Part shown: positions 1-17,132 of the stretch, piece by piece
Layout: each line of letters starts with the position of its first letter
Position numbering within the stretch: the stretch's first letter is position 1
Origin: the human T2T-CHM13v2.0 reference genome, Homo sapiens
Reading direction: 5' to 3' (one strand)
DNA: 64,000 nucleotides
Assembly: GCF_009914755.1 (NCBI RefSeq)
Contig: NC_060939.1
The notes under the pieces: generated by a model
Database searches by the model: none
Seen by the model: only the letters and a program-made list of their open reading frames with translations
What the model was told of the DNA's origin: nothing
Made by a program: the position numbers and the translations under genes

Positions 1-220
1 GTGTGTGGCTGCCTCACTCCAACCTCCTCCTCCCTGCATGTCTCCTCCTCCCTGCATGTCTCCTCCTCTTCTGCCCCTGTCATTGTCATTGGATTTAGGG
101 CCCACTTGGATAATCCAAGATGATCTCCTTATCTCAAGATCCCTGACTTAATTACATCTGCAAAGACTCTTTTCCCAAATAAGGTGACATTCACAGGTTT
201 TGGGGTTAGAACATGGACCT
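1..220 (-). mobile_element. MLT1 (MaLR) LTR fragment
   Basis: Typical MLT1 motif 'taattacatctgcaaagactcttttcccaaataaggtgacattcacagg'. Confidence 0.75.
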
Positions 221-239
221 CTCTGTTACGTGTACTAAC

Positions 240-345
240 TTCTATCCTCACAACAACCCTATTTTAAAAAGTGCTCTTATTTGATAGATGGAGAACTCAG
301 GTATAGGCAGTTAAGGAATTTGGCCGAGGTCACACAGCCAGGAGG
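240..345 (-). mobile_element. MIR fragment
   Basis: MIR core 'cctcacaacaaccct...gccgaggtcacacagc'. Confidence 0.6.
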
Positions 346-531
346 TAGCATAGTCACTATATCATATTGCCCCTCCCATAAGTCCTGGGGTCCCAGACAC
401 AAGAGCGTTCCCACAAGAGTGACTAAGGGGGTCTGGGACACAGGAAGCCAAACCTTGTTACATAACCTCGCCATTCCATACACACCTGGACATTTGATGA
501 AATGACTGAAATAATATTCAAATAGATGAAG

Positions 532-835
<304 letters not shown>

Positions 836-1491
836 TGAAATAAAATGGATGAGAGTGCCATGAGGAAGGATTTCAGGTAAAAGGACAAGTGCCATTTCAT
901 TCACACTTCCCATTGGGAATGGCGTCTGGAACTTGGTAAGCACTGAATCCATGCTGGTCATTATCATGCACATTCCTAGCAGCCAGGGAACAAGAAGGGG
1001 AGAACTAGCACAATGGGAGACACAGTCTCTCTATCCTTGCAGGTGGCCCTTGCCTGGCAGGCTCTGGTACCAGTCTGACCTGACACCTCTGCACCCTCTC
1101 CTATAGGGAAACTGAGGCATGGTGACATAAAATTAGAATCTGAGTTACGCAACTAAAATCAAACCAATGTTCCTAAGTTAATCATAGAATTAGCGGCGTA
1201 ATCCAGCAATTCCACTCCCAGGTATTCAACTCCTAAGAACTGAAAACAAGTGTTCGAACAAAAACGTATACACAAATGTTCACAGCAACATTCTTCACAA
1301 TAGCCAAAAGGTAGAAACAACTAGATGTCACCAACCAATAAATGGATAAAAGTGGAATATCCATGCAATGAAATATTATTCAGTCATAAAAAGGAATGAA
1401 GTACTACATGCTACAACATGAACCAACCTAAGAAACATTCTGCTAAGTGAAAGAAGACAGATACAAAAGGCCTTATATTGTATAATGCCAT

Positions 1492-1794
1492 TTATTTATT
1501 TTTTAATTTGTTTTTGAGATGGAGTCTCACTCTGTCACCCAGGTAGGAGTGCAGTGGCACCATCTCAGCCCACCGCAACCCCCACGCCCTGGGTTCAAGT
1601 GATTCTCCTGCCTCAGCCTCTGTAGTAGCTGGGACTACAGGTACCACCACCATGCCTGGCTAATTTCTGCATTTTTAGTAGAGACGGGGTTTCACCATTT
1701 TGGCCAGGATGGTTTCGATCTCCTGACCTCCTGATCCACCTGCCTCGGCCTCTCAAAGTGCTGGGATTACAGGCGTGAGCCACCGCACCCAGCC
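1492..1794 (-). mobile_element. Alu (S-like)
   Basis: Antisense Alu consensus. Confidence 0.9.
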
Positions 1795-2062
1795 GTATGA
1801 TGCCATTTATATGAAATACCCAGACTAGGCAAATCTGTAGAGACAGAAAATAGATTGGTGGTTGCAGGGGGTAGGGGAAAAGGGGAGTGGGGAATGACGG
1901 CTTCATAGGTAGAAAGATTTCCATTTGGAATGTTGGAATGATGGAATATGCTGGAACTAGATAGTGGGTAAGTTTGCACAAAATTGTGAATGTACTAAGT
2001 GCTACTGAGTTATACACTTAAAATGGTTAAATGGCATGACTGGGTATGATGGCTCATGCCTA

Positions 2063-2176
<114 letters not shown>

Positions 2177-2193
2177 TTAGCTGGGCATGGCGG

Positions 2194-3486
2194 TGTTCCT
2201 GGACCAAACTGAGGGTCAGTCTGCTATTTCTCGAGGCCCAGTAATGAGATGCAGATGAACTGGGGAGGAAGAGAGTTTTTATTTCTGTAACCCGTTACAG
2301 AAAGAAGGCCTGGAAATTATCACCAGACCAACTCAAAACTACAGAGTTTTTCAGAGCTTATATACCTTCTAAGCTCTATGTCCGTGTGGAAGTGTGCATT
2401 CATCTAAAGACATAAGTGATTAACTTCTTTTACTCTACAACTAAGGTCTGAGTCCGGAAGACCTTCTTCAGGAGCCTCAGTAAGTTAATCTAAATGGGTC
2501 TGGGTGCTGTGCTGGGGTGATTACCCTTATCTTGTCTCCTGCTAAATCATGGAGGTTTGAGGAGTTCCTTCAGACCTCCAATAACCATGTTTGTGGAGGC
2601 CTGGGGAGTTTCTTCAGAACCCCAATAAAACTTGTTTAATTCTAAATGGGTCCTGTTAAGAATTCCTTCATTATTTTGTCATGCTTTAAGGCCCAGAAAA
2701 GGCCTAGGCAAAACTCTTGGTGGGCTTTTGTTACATTCCAGCCTTTGTGATACGGTTCCGATGACTGGAGGAACACCAGCGTCTTCTGTCTCACACTGAT
2801 AGGATTAACGACATGGACACACGTGGAGTGACTTTAAGGCACGAAAAGTTTAACAGGCAAGAAAGAAGGAAGGAAGAGGAAAACTCCCCCATACAGAGAC
2901 AGAGGGAGGGGGGATTCCAACAAAAAGAAAACCCCATGTGTGGCAGAAAAGTGGTTGCTTATGTTGCGATGCTGGAGGAGGTGGTGTCTGGTTTCCATAA
3001 GACCCAGGGGATTGGTTGGACCAGGTGAGTCATTTACACAGCCCTCAAAAAACCTGGCCCTCCCACCTTAGTCCTCTAATATGCAAATGCGGGTCGCCAT
3101 GATATTCCGAACACATGGTGTTATCTGGAGGTGGCCATGACACTTGGTACTCCCGGTTACAAGGAGAAGATGGTGGGAATCGCCATATTGAGTGAGCCCA
3201 GTTTCTAATGGCTGGCATTTGCATATTAAAGCTTGCTGGCCCAGCCCTTCGAGCCACCTTTTCTGTTAGAAAAGAGATGGTTCAGGGGTTGTTTCTTATT
3301 ACAAGAAAATTTCCACCAAGAACCTTTGCACTTACTATCTGCCTAAAAATTATTTCTTAATAACTCCTGTATCATTTGTATAAGGGTACTGGCTTTTCTT
3401 CAGCTTTTAATATTTAACCTAACCACTCAGTCAGTACTGAAACAGCTGCGCTGGAAGCCTGCGTTAGTGAGACCTGGCCTGCCACA
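2194..3486 (-). mobile_element. ERV1 solo LTR (PABL-like, tentative) inserted in the middle of an AluJ
   Basis: TG...CA ends; reverse complement starts TGTGGCAGGCCAGGTCTCACTAACGCAGG; 4-bp TSD gcgg/gtgg; Alu halves on either side. Confidence 0.7.
2748..3374 (-). mobile_element. ERV1 solo LTR (MER61-like) nested in the previous LTR
   Basis: TGATAC...GTATCA terminal inverted ends; TSD tttg at 2744-47 and 3375-78. Confidence 0.72.
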
Positions 3487-4285
3487 GTGGTCCCCTCCTG
3501 TAGTCCCAGCTACTCAGGAGGCTGAAGTGGGAGGATTGCTTGAGCCCAGGAGTTTGAAGCTACAGTGAGCTATGATCATGCAACTGCACTCCAGCCTGGG
3601 CGAGAGAGACCCTGTCTCTAAAAATAAATAAGTAATAAATTAAAATGATTAAAATGATGAATTTTACATTATGCACACTTTACCATGGTAAACTAATCAA
3701 GCTGGAGTCACAGCTCTGCTCCTGCCTCTCGGGAGTGTAACTGGTGCCCACCCCTTTCCAAGCCAAGGTGATAGGAGCCCACCTTGTTTCTGTTTTGTTT
3801 TGTTTTGTTTTTTTGTAAACATCCAAATGACTTCTTTCTTATTTTTATTTTCACTTTTAAGAAAGTTGTGAAACAAAGAAACAAAACAGGTAGGTTTTAC
3901 TCACGGTAAAACTCTGGGTGATAACACAAGGCAATAATGAGGGGGTTGGGGACTGAGTAAATAAACCCAGAGAGAAGTAAACAATACCAGAGGGAGCAGC
4001 AGCTGATGGCATGTGGGAGGTGAGGACCCGGTAAAGGGGCGTCCAGGGTCTGAATCAGCCTGGAGCCCCGGGGTGGTGTCTTCACGGGGCGGTGCCTCCA
4101 CCCAGCTGGGCCTGCACTGCAGGCTGGGCTCAGACCGGGGACGCATCTGGCCCATCAGGACTCCAAGGCACAGGAACCCTTTCCTGGATCTGCTCTCTGC
4201 CCCTCCCGGACTCAGGCCCCCTCCTCCACATTCAATTCCCTCGCTCACAGTTCATGAATCCAGCCTCTTGCCTCCTAAACCAGAC

Positions 4286-4473
4286 CCTGCATGAGGCACC
4301 CCCTCTCCTGTTGGGGCATTGCACAGCCTGCATGAGGCACCCCCCTCTCCTGTCTGAGGCATTGCACAGCCTGCATGAGGCACCCCCTCTACTGTTGGGG
4401 CATTGCACAGCCTGCATGAGGCACTCCCGCTCCTGTCTGAGGCATTGCACAGCTTGCATGAGGCACCCCCCTC
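4286..4473. repeat. Minisatellite, ~42-bp unit x ~4.5
   Basis: Repeated cctgcatgaggcaccccctctcctg(ttgggg|tctgagg)cattgcacag. Confidence 0.92.
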
Positions 4474-5650
4474 CCAGGGGCACTCAGCCGGCTTTGTCTG
4501 CCTCTCCCAGGCAACCTCAGGCCGCACCCACACTTTCTAGACCAAATGGATCCCCCAAAATTAAAGATTCCAAACCCGCCGATGCTGAGTGACAGAGTAG
4601 AAAGAGCATGGACATCCTGGGCTCCCATGGTGCCCTCCCTTCTGTGACCTTTGATTGTGTGACCTTGACAAGTCACAGAAACTCTCCCCTCAGTGCTGAA
4701 AACTGGGAGGCGCAGCATCCACGTTGCCCACTTCCTGAAGCGTTGTGGAGATGGAGTGAGCTGCTGTGTGGGAAAGTGTACAAAGATAAATTAGCATAAT
4801 GAACTCAGGAAATTTCAAGTCCCAGCCTGACTTGCCGTGTTCCCCTTCTGTCTTCTGCAGTGACCTGGAAGTGCTGTAACCACCCATTCCCTTGCCCAGG
4901 GGCCTGCCTGCTCCTCCCAGGCCACTACTCAGAGAGGTCTCCTCTGTGCTTGCTTGGAAGGTTCCTGTAGCTATAAGCAGGTCGCTGAGAGCCCTCTCCC
5001 CAGACCCAGCACCCCCGCCCCTGTTCTCTTGCTGTTACCTGTCAACAGGCTTCCTGCTGTTACCGACCCCAGCGCAAGAGCCACAGAAGGCAGCTCTCTG
5101 AGGGCACCAGGCCAGGCAAGGCTGAGCATCCTCCCAGGGAGTGAGACATCAGCTTCCCAAAGAAAGGTCTTCGATTACTAGTCTCTTAAAAATGCTTCAA
5201 ATAAAACAAAAGGGGTTCTACAGCTACAAACGTTTGAGGAATTTGGCTAACCCAAGTTCAACCCTCCCCCTCCTTTCCCTTCCCCCACCCATCTCAGAAA
5301 CCTACAGTAACCTGCTAAGTTGGGACCACACAGTGGTTAAGGCATGGGTTTTGTTTTGAAGGCAATTTTCAAATACACACAAGGAGAATGATTAGTAAAA
5401 TCAACTCTTTGGACCAAAGGAGTTAAGGACATAACACCCCAAAATACCCTGACCTGGCATATTGATTATTTCAAGCCGAAAGCATCTGAGAAGCAGCAGT
5501 TGTAGATAAGATAGGACCTTCTGAGCCACCCTTTTGTCACCTCCCCATGGGTTCTTCTTGCCTGCTGCTTAGATAGAGTAGATTTATCAAGGCAGGGGAA
5601 TTGCAATAGAGAAAGAATTTTATAGACGTAGGGCCGGCTACACAGAAGAT

Positions 5651-7280
5651 CGGAGTTTTTTTTCTTTTTTCTTTTTGAGTTCAGGATTATATATATTACA
5701 ATTTGCCTTGTTATAATACATTTGTGGCTTTATGATAAAAATAACTCAGGGACATATGGAATTCAAGCTGATTTGCGTAACTGTCACAAGAAAAAAAGCA
5801 TTAAATGCATTTCTGAAATAAGTATTTTCATTTAATTTCAGAATCTCAAAACAGCATTAGACCTTGCCTTGTTTAAAAAAAATTAAGTTAAATACTAAGC
5901 TAAATAACCTTCTTGAAAGGTTTAAAAACACAATTGATATAGAAAATGTTTTCCCTCTAATCTCAACCTTACATAAATGGAACAGGTGAGGAAGAAAAGG
6001 TAGACAATTTCTTTAGCAGCCTATATGGCTAAATCCATCAAACACTAACTGGGGAAATATCAAAAATTAACCATTTCATAAACCAAAAGATAACAATTTT
6101 AGGGTTACAGTAAGTAAAATATTTTTGAAACACTTCAAAAACTTTTAACCATAAACTAGAGAATCATCTCTTCATTGTACGAAAGAAAGGACTAACAGAA
6201 AGTAAGACATTTAAACTAAACTGATTTTCAATCCTCTTAGAACAAAATGAAAAATAATGGTGGATTAGCTAAGCTTTGTGCTCTAATCAAACTAATTACA
6301 GTGATTTAAAATGGCAACAGCCCATCAGACTGGGCAGCTTGACAGTTCAGAATACTTTTGCAATAGTTTTTTAACGCAAAGACACTAAAATGATGGGGTC
6401 ATGCAATGTCCATCTTATGCATTCTGCATCTCTTTGCCAACCTCGTAGCTAAGGATCTTGTTCCAATCAATCTTAGTGCGTGTAAGTAGCAATTGTCGAT
6501 GTAAGGCTTTGAAAGTAGTGTCCGACATTGTCTGATAATTCTCACTAATGGCAGTCTGGTATTCATTTTCTGCAGCTTTTACAATCTTTGTAGATTCTTT
6601 TGCTGTTTGCACTTCATTAGACACTGTTAGGGAATCTTGTATATCTTTATGACTCACTAGCTGAACATTACTGTCTTCATAATAATGAACCTGAATTTTC
6701 AAGATGCCAACCACTTGAGTGGTTGAAGGAGTGATTATAAACCTCCATTCTGACCTCCAATGACCATTCCAAAAGTTTTTTGCTTGGAACTGATGGCTTT
6801 CTATGCATGCAATAGTGGTTTGCTGTCCATCTATTTTTTTTTTTTGCTATACGCAGTGCAGACTCCATTCGGGTAATGTTCTTTTACGTAAGCTCACAGA
6901 GTAGTTTCTACTTAAGTTCTCCATGATTCAATTGCATTTTCTACTTCACAGGGTCTTGGATCAGTTGCCTCCTTTCTTAAGTGATCAAATTTAAAACAGA
7001 TTCTGTTCTTTGGATCCTAAAACTTTCCATTTCCCAAGTCGCCATGTTTTGTCATCAATACCTGATCTTCATAACCTTCCATTTTTACAGGAGTAAACTG
7101 CTCCAAGTTATACTGTGCAGACGCACGGGCTGCTTTTTCCCTTCTCTTCATCAGACAGCTCCTCCTCCAGACCCGCCATCTTCCTTCTAGCAACAAACTG
7201 TGGCGGGGGCGGGGGCAGTGGCCACGTGACTTACCCCTTTCCGTGCGGTGCTCGGCGCCGCGCACCACCCCCGGAGTTTT
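5651..7280 (-). pseudogene. CAPZA2: Processed pseudogene of CAPZA2 (F-actin capping protein alpha-2) with 5' UTR, disrupted CDS (ATG 7179, stop 6415), ~740 nt 3' UTR and poly(A)
   Basis: Minus-strand translations [46 protein letters not shown] and [37 protein letters not shown]...[17 protein letters not shown]. Residues DIQD/EVQT/IV.AAEN favour CAPZA2 over CAPZA1. Intronless and frameshifted; poly(T) 5656-5676; TSD cggagtttt at 5651-5659 and 7272-7280. Confidence 0.93.
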
Positions 7281-7320
7281 ATTATTACTTAAATCAGCCT
7301 CCTCAAAAATTGGAGGCTGA

Positions 7321-8405
<1,085 letters not shown>

Positions 8406-8515
8406 TTCATAAAACTGATCATTCTTTGTCCAAAAGGCTTTCTGCTTTGGTCATTTCTTAGGTCTTCACTCTCTTGTGAAGATCCTCATGTGTATGTAAA
8501 ATTAATAAAACTTGT

Positions 8516-8835
<320 letters not shown>

Positions 8836-8902
8836 TTAATCTTTCTTGTATTTAATTTGGTTCCTAAACCCAGCCAGATATTCCACTTCAGAACTAAGAC
8901 AG

Positions 8903-9445
8903 TGTTAACCCAAAATTAGAGACTGAGCCAGGGGTCTCAGTTCATCGAGATTTGTTGAGTGAGAGTTTGAGGTCACACCCAGGAGAAACAGGCCACAGAA
9001 ACATCTGTGGCCCATGCTCTTAGAAGCAGTTTTCAGAATTTACAAATGTCTTTAAAGGGAAGAAGACACCTAGGAAGAGGGAGTTAGGAGGTGAGTTTGT
9101 AATCGAACTTCTCAGTGTGAAAAATCTAACAGACTTTAGTTTTAGGGGTTAGGCTTAGGTTACAAACCTAAAGTTATACTTAATATGTGCTTGTTTTATG
9201 GGAGGATCTATATATCTTGAAAGGTTTAGGGGCCAGCAAAGAATTTATGAGCAATTTGTGAGGGCAGTCGTGAGACTTTTCGTCTCCTTGTGGGAGTCTG
9301 GCTAATGTATAATGCTTTAACACAAGCCTGTGAAACAGCAGCTCTCCGCTTGGGAAAAGGTTGGTGTTACTGCATGACTCAGTCTCCAGGCTTCACTTTG
9401 GTACAAAGAGTTTTGGGGTTCTGAGATTTTTCTTTTCCTTTACAA
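8903..9445 (-). mobile_element. MER4-group ERV1 LTR
   Basis: Ends 'ttggggttctgagatttttcttttcctttaca', the reverse complement of a MER4/MER65-type 5' end. Confidence 0.55.
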
Positions 9446-9518
9446 TGGATTGAACAGATCATTAGGCTCCATACAGGACCCATCATCCACCTTCAACAAT
9501 TATTAATGCCAGGCGACA

Positions 9519-10160
<642 letters not shown>

Positions 10161-10181
10161 TTAACATTTAAGAATATGGAG

Positions 10182-10772
<591 letters not shown>

Positions 10773-10789
10773 AGAAAGAATATGGGAGA

Positions 10790-11580
10790 GGAGGGATTTG
10801 GGAGTCAACCTCATGTCCAAATCCAATCCCACCACCAATTCACCGGTGAGAGGTGAAGTCAGCTGGACTTCCTGAGTCAAGTGGGGACTTGGAGAACTTT
10901 TCTGTAACTAGCTACAGGTTTGTAAAATGGACCAATCAGCAGGACATGGGCAGGGACAAATAAGTGAATAAAAACTGCCCCCACCCCCACACCCCCCTAC
11001 ACCACCAGCCTGCAGCAGGCAACCCACTTGGGTCTCCTTCCATGCTGTGGAAGCTTTGTTCTTTTGCTCTTTAGGTTCGTGCCAACTTTAAGCTGTAACA
11101 CTCAGGGCGAAGGTCCGCAGCTTCATTCTTGAAGTCAGCGTAGACCACGAACCCACCGGAAGGAACCATATTCCGGACACACCAGGACCCTGGGTAAGTT
11201 GTTCAGTCTCTGCATAAGTGAGAATAATACCTCTCACCTGAAGGGACTGTGCTGAGGACAACATAAAATTAGGTAGCTCTAAGACACTAGCTCCATGTCC
11301 TAGGCAAAGTAAATGCTCAGTGAATAGTGATCATTGCTACAGACTATGTAGCAATGTGTGCTATGGGCCAAGAGTGTGAGTTGCCTGGGCTTGAATCTCA
11401 GCTCCTGCTGCTTTCTTTCTGTGTGATCTGGGATAAGTTACTGACTCTGTCTGTGCTCCAGTGTTTTCATCATAGTACCTACCACATAGTGTTTGTTCTA
11501 AATACACGAACTCTTTTAATTTTAACATTCAGAACAGTCCATGACAGATTAGTGAGGGCTCAATAAAGGTGGGCTTTGCC
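10790..11580 (+). mobile_element. MIR fragments flanking and downstream of the LTR12F
   Basis: MIR cores 'ctgggtaagttgttcagtctctg...gagaataatacc' and 'tgggataagttactgactctgtctgtgctccagtgttttcatc'. Confidence 0.55.
10847..11181 (+). mobile_element. LTR12F-like short solo LTR inserted in a MIR
   Basis: Starts TGAGAGGTGAAGTCAGCTGGACTTCC, has a CCAAT box, ends CCGGACACA; TSD ccgg/ccag. Confidence 0.8.
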
Positions 11581-11601
11581 CCTGATAACACAACCTGTTG
11601 A

Positions 11602-11912
<311 letters not shown>

Positions 11913-12014
11913 TAATTTGGCATTTTACAAATTCCATTCACATCTATAAGTATCCTCCTTCTGAAGTGGAATCCCAGAGTCTGAAGTTTAACTCAGACCA
12001 AGTTTACAGCACCG

Positions 12015-12291
12015 AGCTGGGTGCAGTGGCTCACACCAGTAATCCCAGCATTTTAGGAGGCTGAGGTGGGAGGATCACTTGAGTTCAGGAGTTAAAGACC
12101 AGCCTGGCCAACATGGCAAAATCTCATCTCTACTAAAAATATAAACATTACCCGGGCAAGGTGGTGCACACCTGTAGTCCCAGCTACTGGGGAGGTTGAG
12201 GCAGGAGGATCCCTTGAGGCTGCAGTGAGCCGTGATCATGCCTCTGCAGTCATCTGCTTGATAGAGCGAGACCCTGTCTCAAAAAAATAAA
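12015..12291 (+). mobile_element. Alu (J-like)
   Basis: Alu consensus with a small deletion. Confidence 0.88.
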
Positions 12292-12819
12292 GTCTCAGGA
12301 GTCTCGTTTCCAGAAGAAATGTCAGATCTGTGGGCCCAACAGTTACGTGTTCTGTTTGGCTCGCTTGTGGATCTTACATTGTTCACAGGACATCTAAAGA
12401 AGCTTTTAGGCTGACATTACCTTGAAAAGCTGGAGATACAAACCAGGAGAGGCTTCAAGGTGTCCCTCCCCACTGACTAGTGAACAAAAGGAATCCCAGA
12501 TCTTGAAGACCTTTACACTGCTGTGGAGGCTTCCCTGCCTGAGCCCTATCAGCTGGAAACCCTGGAGTGGAATGTACAGGAGCTCGAGGATTCATGGATG
12601 AATCTATCCCATTACCCAATACTCACTGGGTGCTGAGCACTGGGGATGGCAGAATGCAGTGTATGCAGCTTTCCCTAAGTGACTTTGGACTGCACACTTA
12701 ACATACATAGGTTTTCTTTTTATGAAGTGTATAAACCAAAAATAAAATTCTAAGCGCCCCCCACCCCCCACCCCGCCAACCCTCTGAATGGACTTTCTCC
12801 TTGGCCAGGGCGCTCTTAA

Positions 12820-13130
<311 letters not shown>

Positions 13131-13131
13131 C

Positions 13132-13746
13132 TTTTTCTTTTTTTTCCTTTAAGTTCTGGGATATATTTACAGAATGTGCAGGGTTGTTACATAGGTATAC
13201 ATGTGCCATGTTGCTTTGCTGCACCTATCAGTCCATCATCTAGGTTTTAAGCCCCGCATACATTAGCTATTTGTCCTAATGCCCTCCCTCTCCCTTCCCT
13301 TGCCCCCGACCCCCTGACGGGCCCTGGTGTGTGATATTCCCCTCCCTGTGTCCATGTGTTCTCATTGTTCAACTCCTGCTTAGGAGCGAGAACATGCAGT
13401 GTTTGGTTTTCTGTTCCTGTGTTAGTTTGCTGAGAATGATGGTTTCCAGCTTCATCAATGTCTCTGCAAAGGACATGAACTCATTCATTTTTTATGGCTG
13501 CATAGTATTCGATGGTGTATATGTGCCACATTTTGTTTATCCAGTCTATCATTGATGGGCATTCAGATTGGTTCCAAGTCTTTGCTATTGTAAATAGTGC
13601 TGCAATAAACATACGTGTTGGTGGGAGTGTAAATCAGTTCAACCATTGTGGAAGATAGTGTGGCAATTCCTCAAGGATCTAGAACCAGAAATACCATTTG
13701 ACCCAGCCATCCCTATACTGGGTATATACCCAAAGGATTCTAAATC
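13132..13746 (-). mobile_element. 5'-truncated and inverted L1PA (about L1PA7/8) 3' end
   Basis: Antisense L1 3' UTR 13132-13617, then a sense L1 segment 13618-13746; TSD cgctcttaaa at 12811-20 and 13746-55. Confidence 0.88.
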
Positions 13747-14757
13747 GCTCTTAAAATTTAACATGAGAGATGGGTCAGGCCATGATGGGAAGTAGGGATC
13801 GGACATGCCTCATTATACCTCTCCAATATTAACAGCAACACAGACCTTTAAGTCTAATAAGAAGCATTTACAACCTATTCTTTCTGAAGCCTGCTACCTG
13901 GAGGCTTCTTCTGCAAGTAAGAATTTGGTCTCTACCATCCTTTATCTTAACCCAGACATTTCCTTTCTATTGATCCTGATGGATTTTTAGATAAAAACCG
14001 ATTGTCAACCAGAAAATTTTAAAATCTATCGATAGCCCGGAAGCCCCCACTTCCACCTTTCTGAACCAAACTAATGTATTTCTTAAATGTATTTGATTGA
14101 AGTCTCATGTCTCCCTGAAATGTATAAAACCAAGCTGCATCCCGACCGCCTTGGACATATGTTCTCAGGGCTTCCTGAGGGCTGTGTCCTGGGCCATGGT
14201 CACTCATATTTGGCTCAGAATAAATCTCTTCAAATATTTTACAGAGTTTGACTCTTTTCATCTACAGGTGTGTTGGGGCCCACAATACCATACTCCAAGA
14301 TGAAAGTCTCAGAAGCAGCTCCAGAAATAAGTTTTTCTATGACCTTCTGCCCTTTTGTCTCTGGCCCCTTGTTCCCCCACAGGCTAGCCATAGAAACTAG
14401 AACCTTTCCCCAAGGCGAGCCATAGGAATCAGAGCCCCTTTTCCCCACAGCCAGCCATAAAACCCCAAAATATTGCTCTAATCCCACCCCCTTTCTGTGT
14501 AAAAACTGGTCATAAAGAAATTAACCTACCTTGTTTGACTGTGGGTCATAAGATCCCCATTCCGGAGAGAGTCCTGCCCCACACCCAGAAAAAAAGGGAC
14601 TGCTGCAGAGACAGGCCAAGAAGAATCTACACAAACAGGCCTTGCTGGGTTCCCCCACTCGGGCTGTTAGCACTACATCACACCCTTTTTGTCCAATCAT
14701 ATTTCTATACAGCTGTCCATACTTTGTTGAACCTAAGCAAAGAAAGGGACAATCTCC

Positions 14758-15620
<863 letters not shown>

Positions 15621-15928
15621 TACTCTGCTGTATCTTGGGTCTTCATTTTGCAGTTTCCTGTGTCACATAAAACTATGACCAAATAAATTTGTGTGACTTT
15701 TCTCCTATTTGCCTTTTGTCAGCTGTTTTTTCAGCAAACCTTGGTTTCCAGAGTCTCTTTCAAATCTTGCCTTTTGTGATTATGTCATGAGTGGTGTAAG
15801 GTTAGCGATAACCAGGTCCACGCATGTTTGTGTCTTTCCACTGTAAACCAAAAAGTATCCAAGACAGGTCTTCAACTTAGAAGTGTATTTTGCCAAGGTT
15901 AAGGACATACCTGGGAGACAGGTCTGTG

Positions 15929-16636
15929 TGTAACTGCCCGAGGGGTTCCTCCTGCCTGCTGCATAAAGACCACAGCATTGTAGTAGAGAAAGAGTTTAAT
16001 AGACATGAGGCCAGCCTCACCACATGGGAGAGGGAGTTCATATGCAAATCATCTTGTCCTAAGCTCACAGGTTAGGGGTTTTTCAAAGACAGCTTAGGGG
16101 AAGTGGTGGGAGTGGCCAAGTAACAGATACTTGCTGCTGATTGGTTGGGGGGATTAAATCATAAGGGGTTGAAGTTCTCCTGTGGGCTGAATCTCTTCTG
16201 GGTGGGGCCACAGGAACAGGGTTGGCAGTCCAGGTGGAGCCATCCGGTCCAGGTGGAGCCATGGGCATCGGACATACAGAAAAACTGGAAATATATCTCA
16301 AAAGGCCAATCTACAATAGTGGTGTTATTTGCAGGAGCAATTGGGGAAGTTGCATCTTATAACCTCCGGAATAATGGCTGATCCCTTTATGTCTGTGCCT
16401 TAGCAGGACTCAGGTCCCTCCAGTGAACCTGATGGCCTTCCATTAACTTTACAAAAGCAGTTGAGTTTGGGGCAAGGCCTATTATCATTTAAACTATAGC
16501 CTAAATGTCTTCCAAAGTTATCGTGGCCCAATAGCCCAGGAAAAATTCAGAGAAAGGCGAGATGGGGGTTGAACAGTTAGCTTCGCTTACTGTTATAATT
16601 TTCCTCACTGATACAATTTTTGCAAAGGTGGTTTCA
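15929..16636 (-). mobile_element. LTR8-type solo LTR
   Basis: Reverse complement starts TGAAACCACCTTTGCAAAA and ends GGCAGTTACA; TSD tgtg at 15925-28 and 16637-40. Confidence 0.8.
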
Positions 16637-16830
16637 TGTGCCCTTCTCCAAAGATGATTTTGAGGGTTTCCCTATTTAAAGGGGAAAAGCAGGCTGGAGG
16701 GGAAAGGGGAGTGTGTGGTCACATTACTGAGTCTACGTGTTGCAAGAGAAAAGGAGCAGGTAGGAGAATAGTCAATTATATACTCATCTTGCACTCAGCA
16801 AATCAGCACTTTACATAGGATAAGGTGAGC

Positions 16831-17132
<302 letters not shown>

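Noticed and set aside
4286-4473. CRISPR-like array
   Set aside because: Units are contiguous with no unique spacers, and the DNA is eukaryotic.
4092-4592. 166-aa ORF with repeated HCTACMRH motifs resembling a metal-binding repeat protein
   Set aside because: Product of the minisatellite; non-ATG start, no splice or homology support.
6415-6714. Functional 99-aa capping-protein CDS
   Set aside because: C-terminal fragment of a frameshifted retrocopy, non-ATG start, substitutions at conserved residues.
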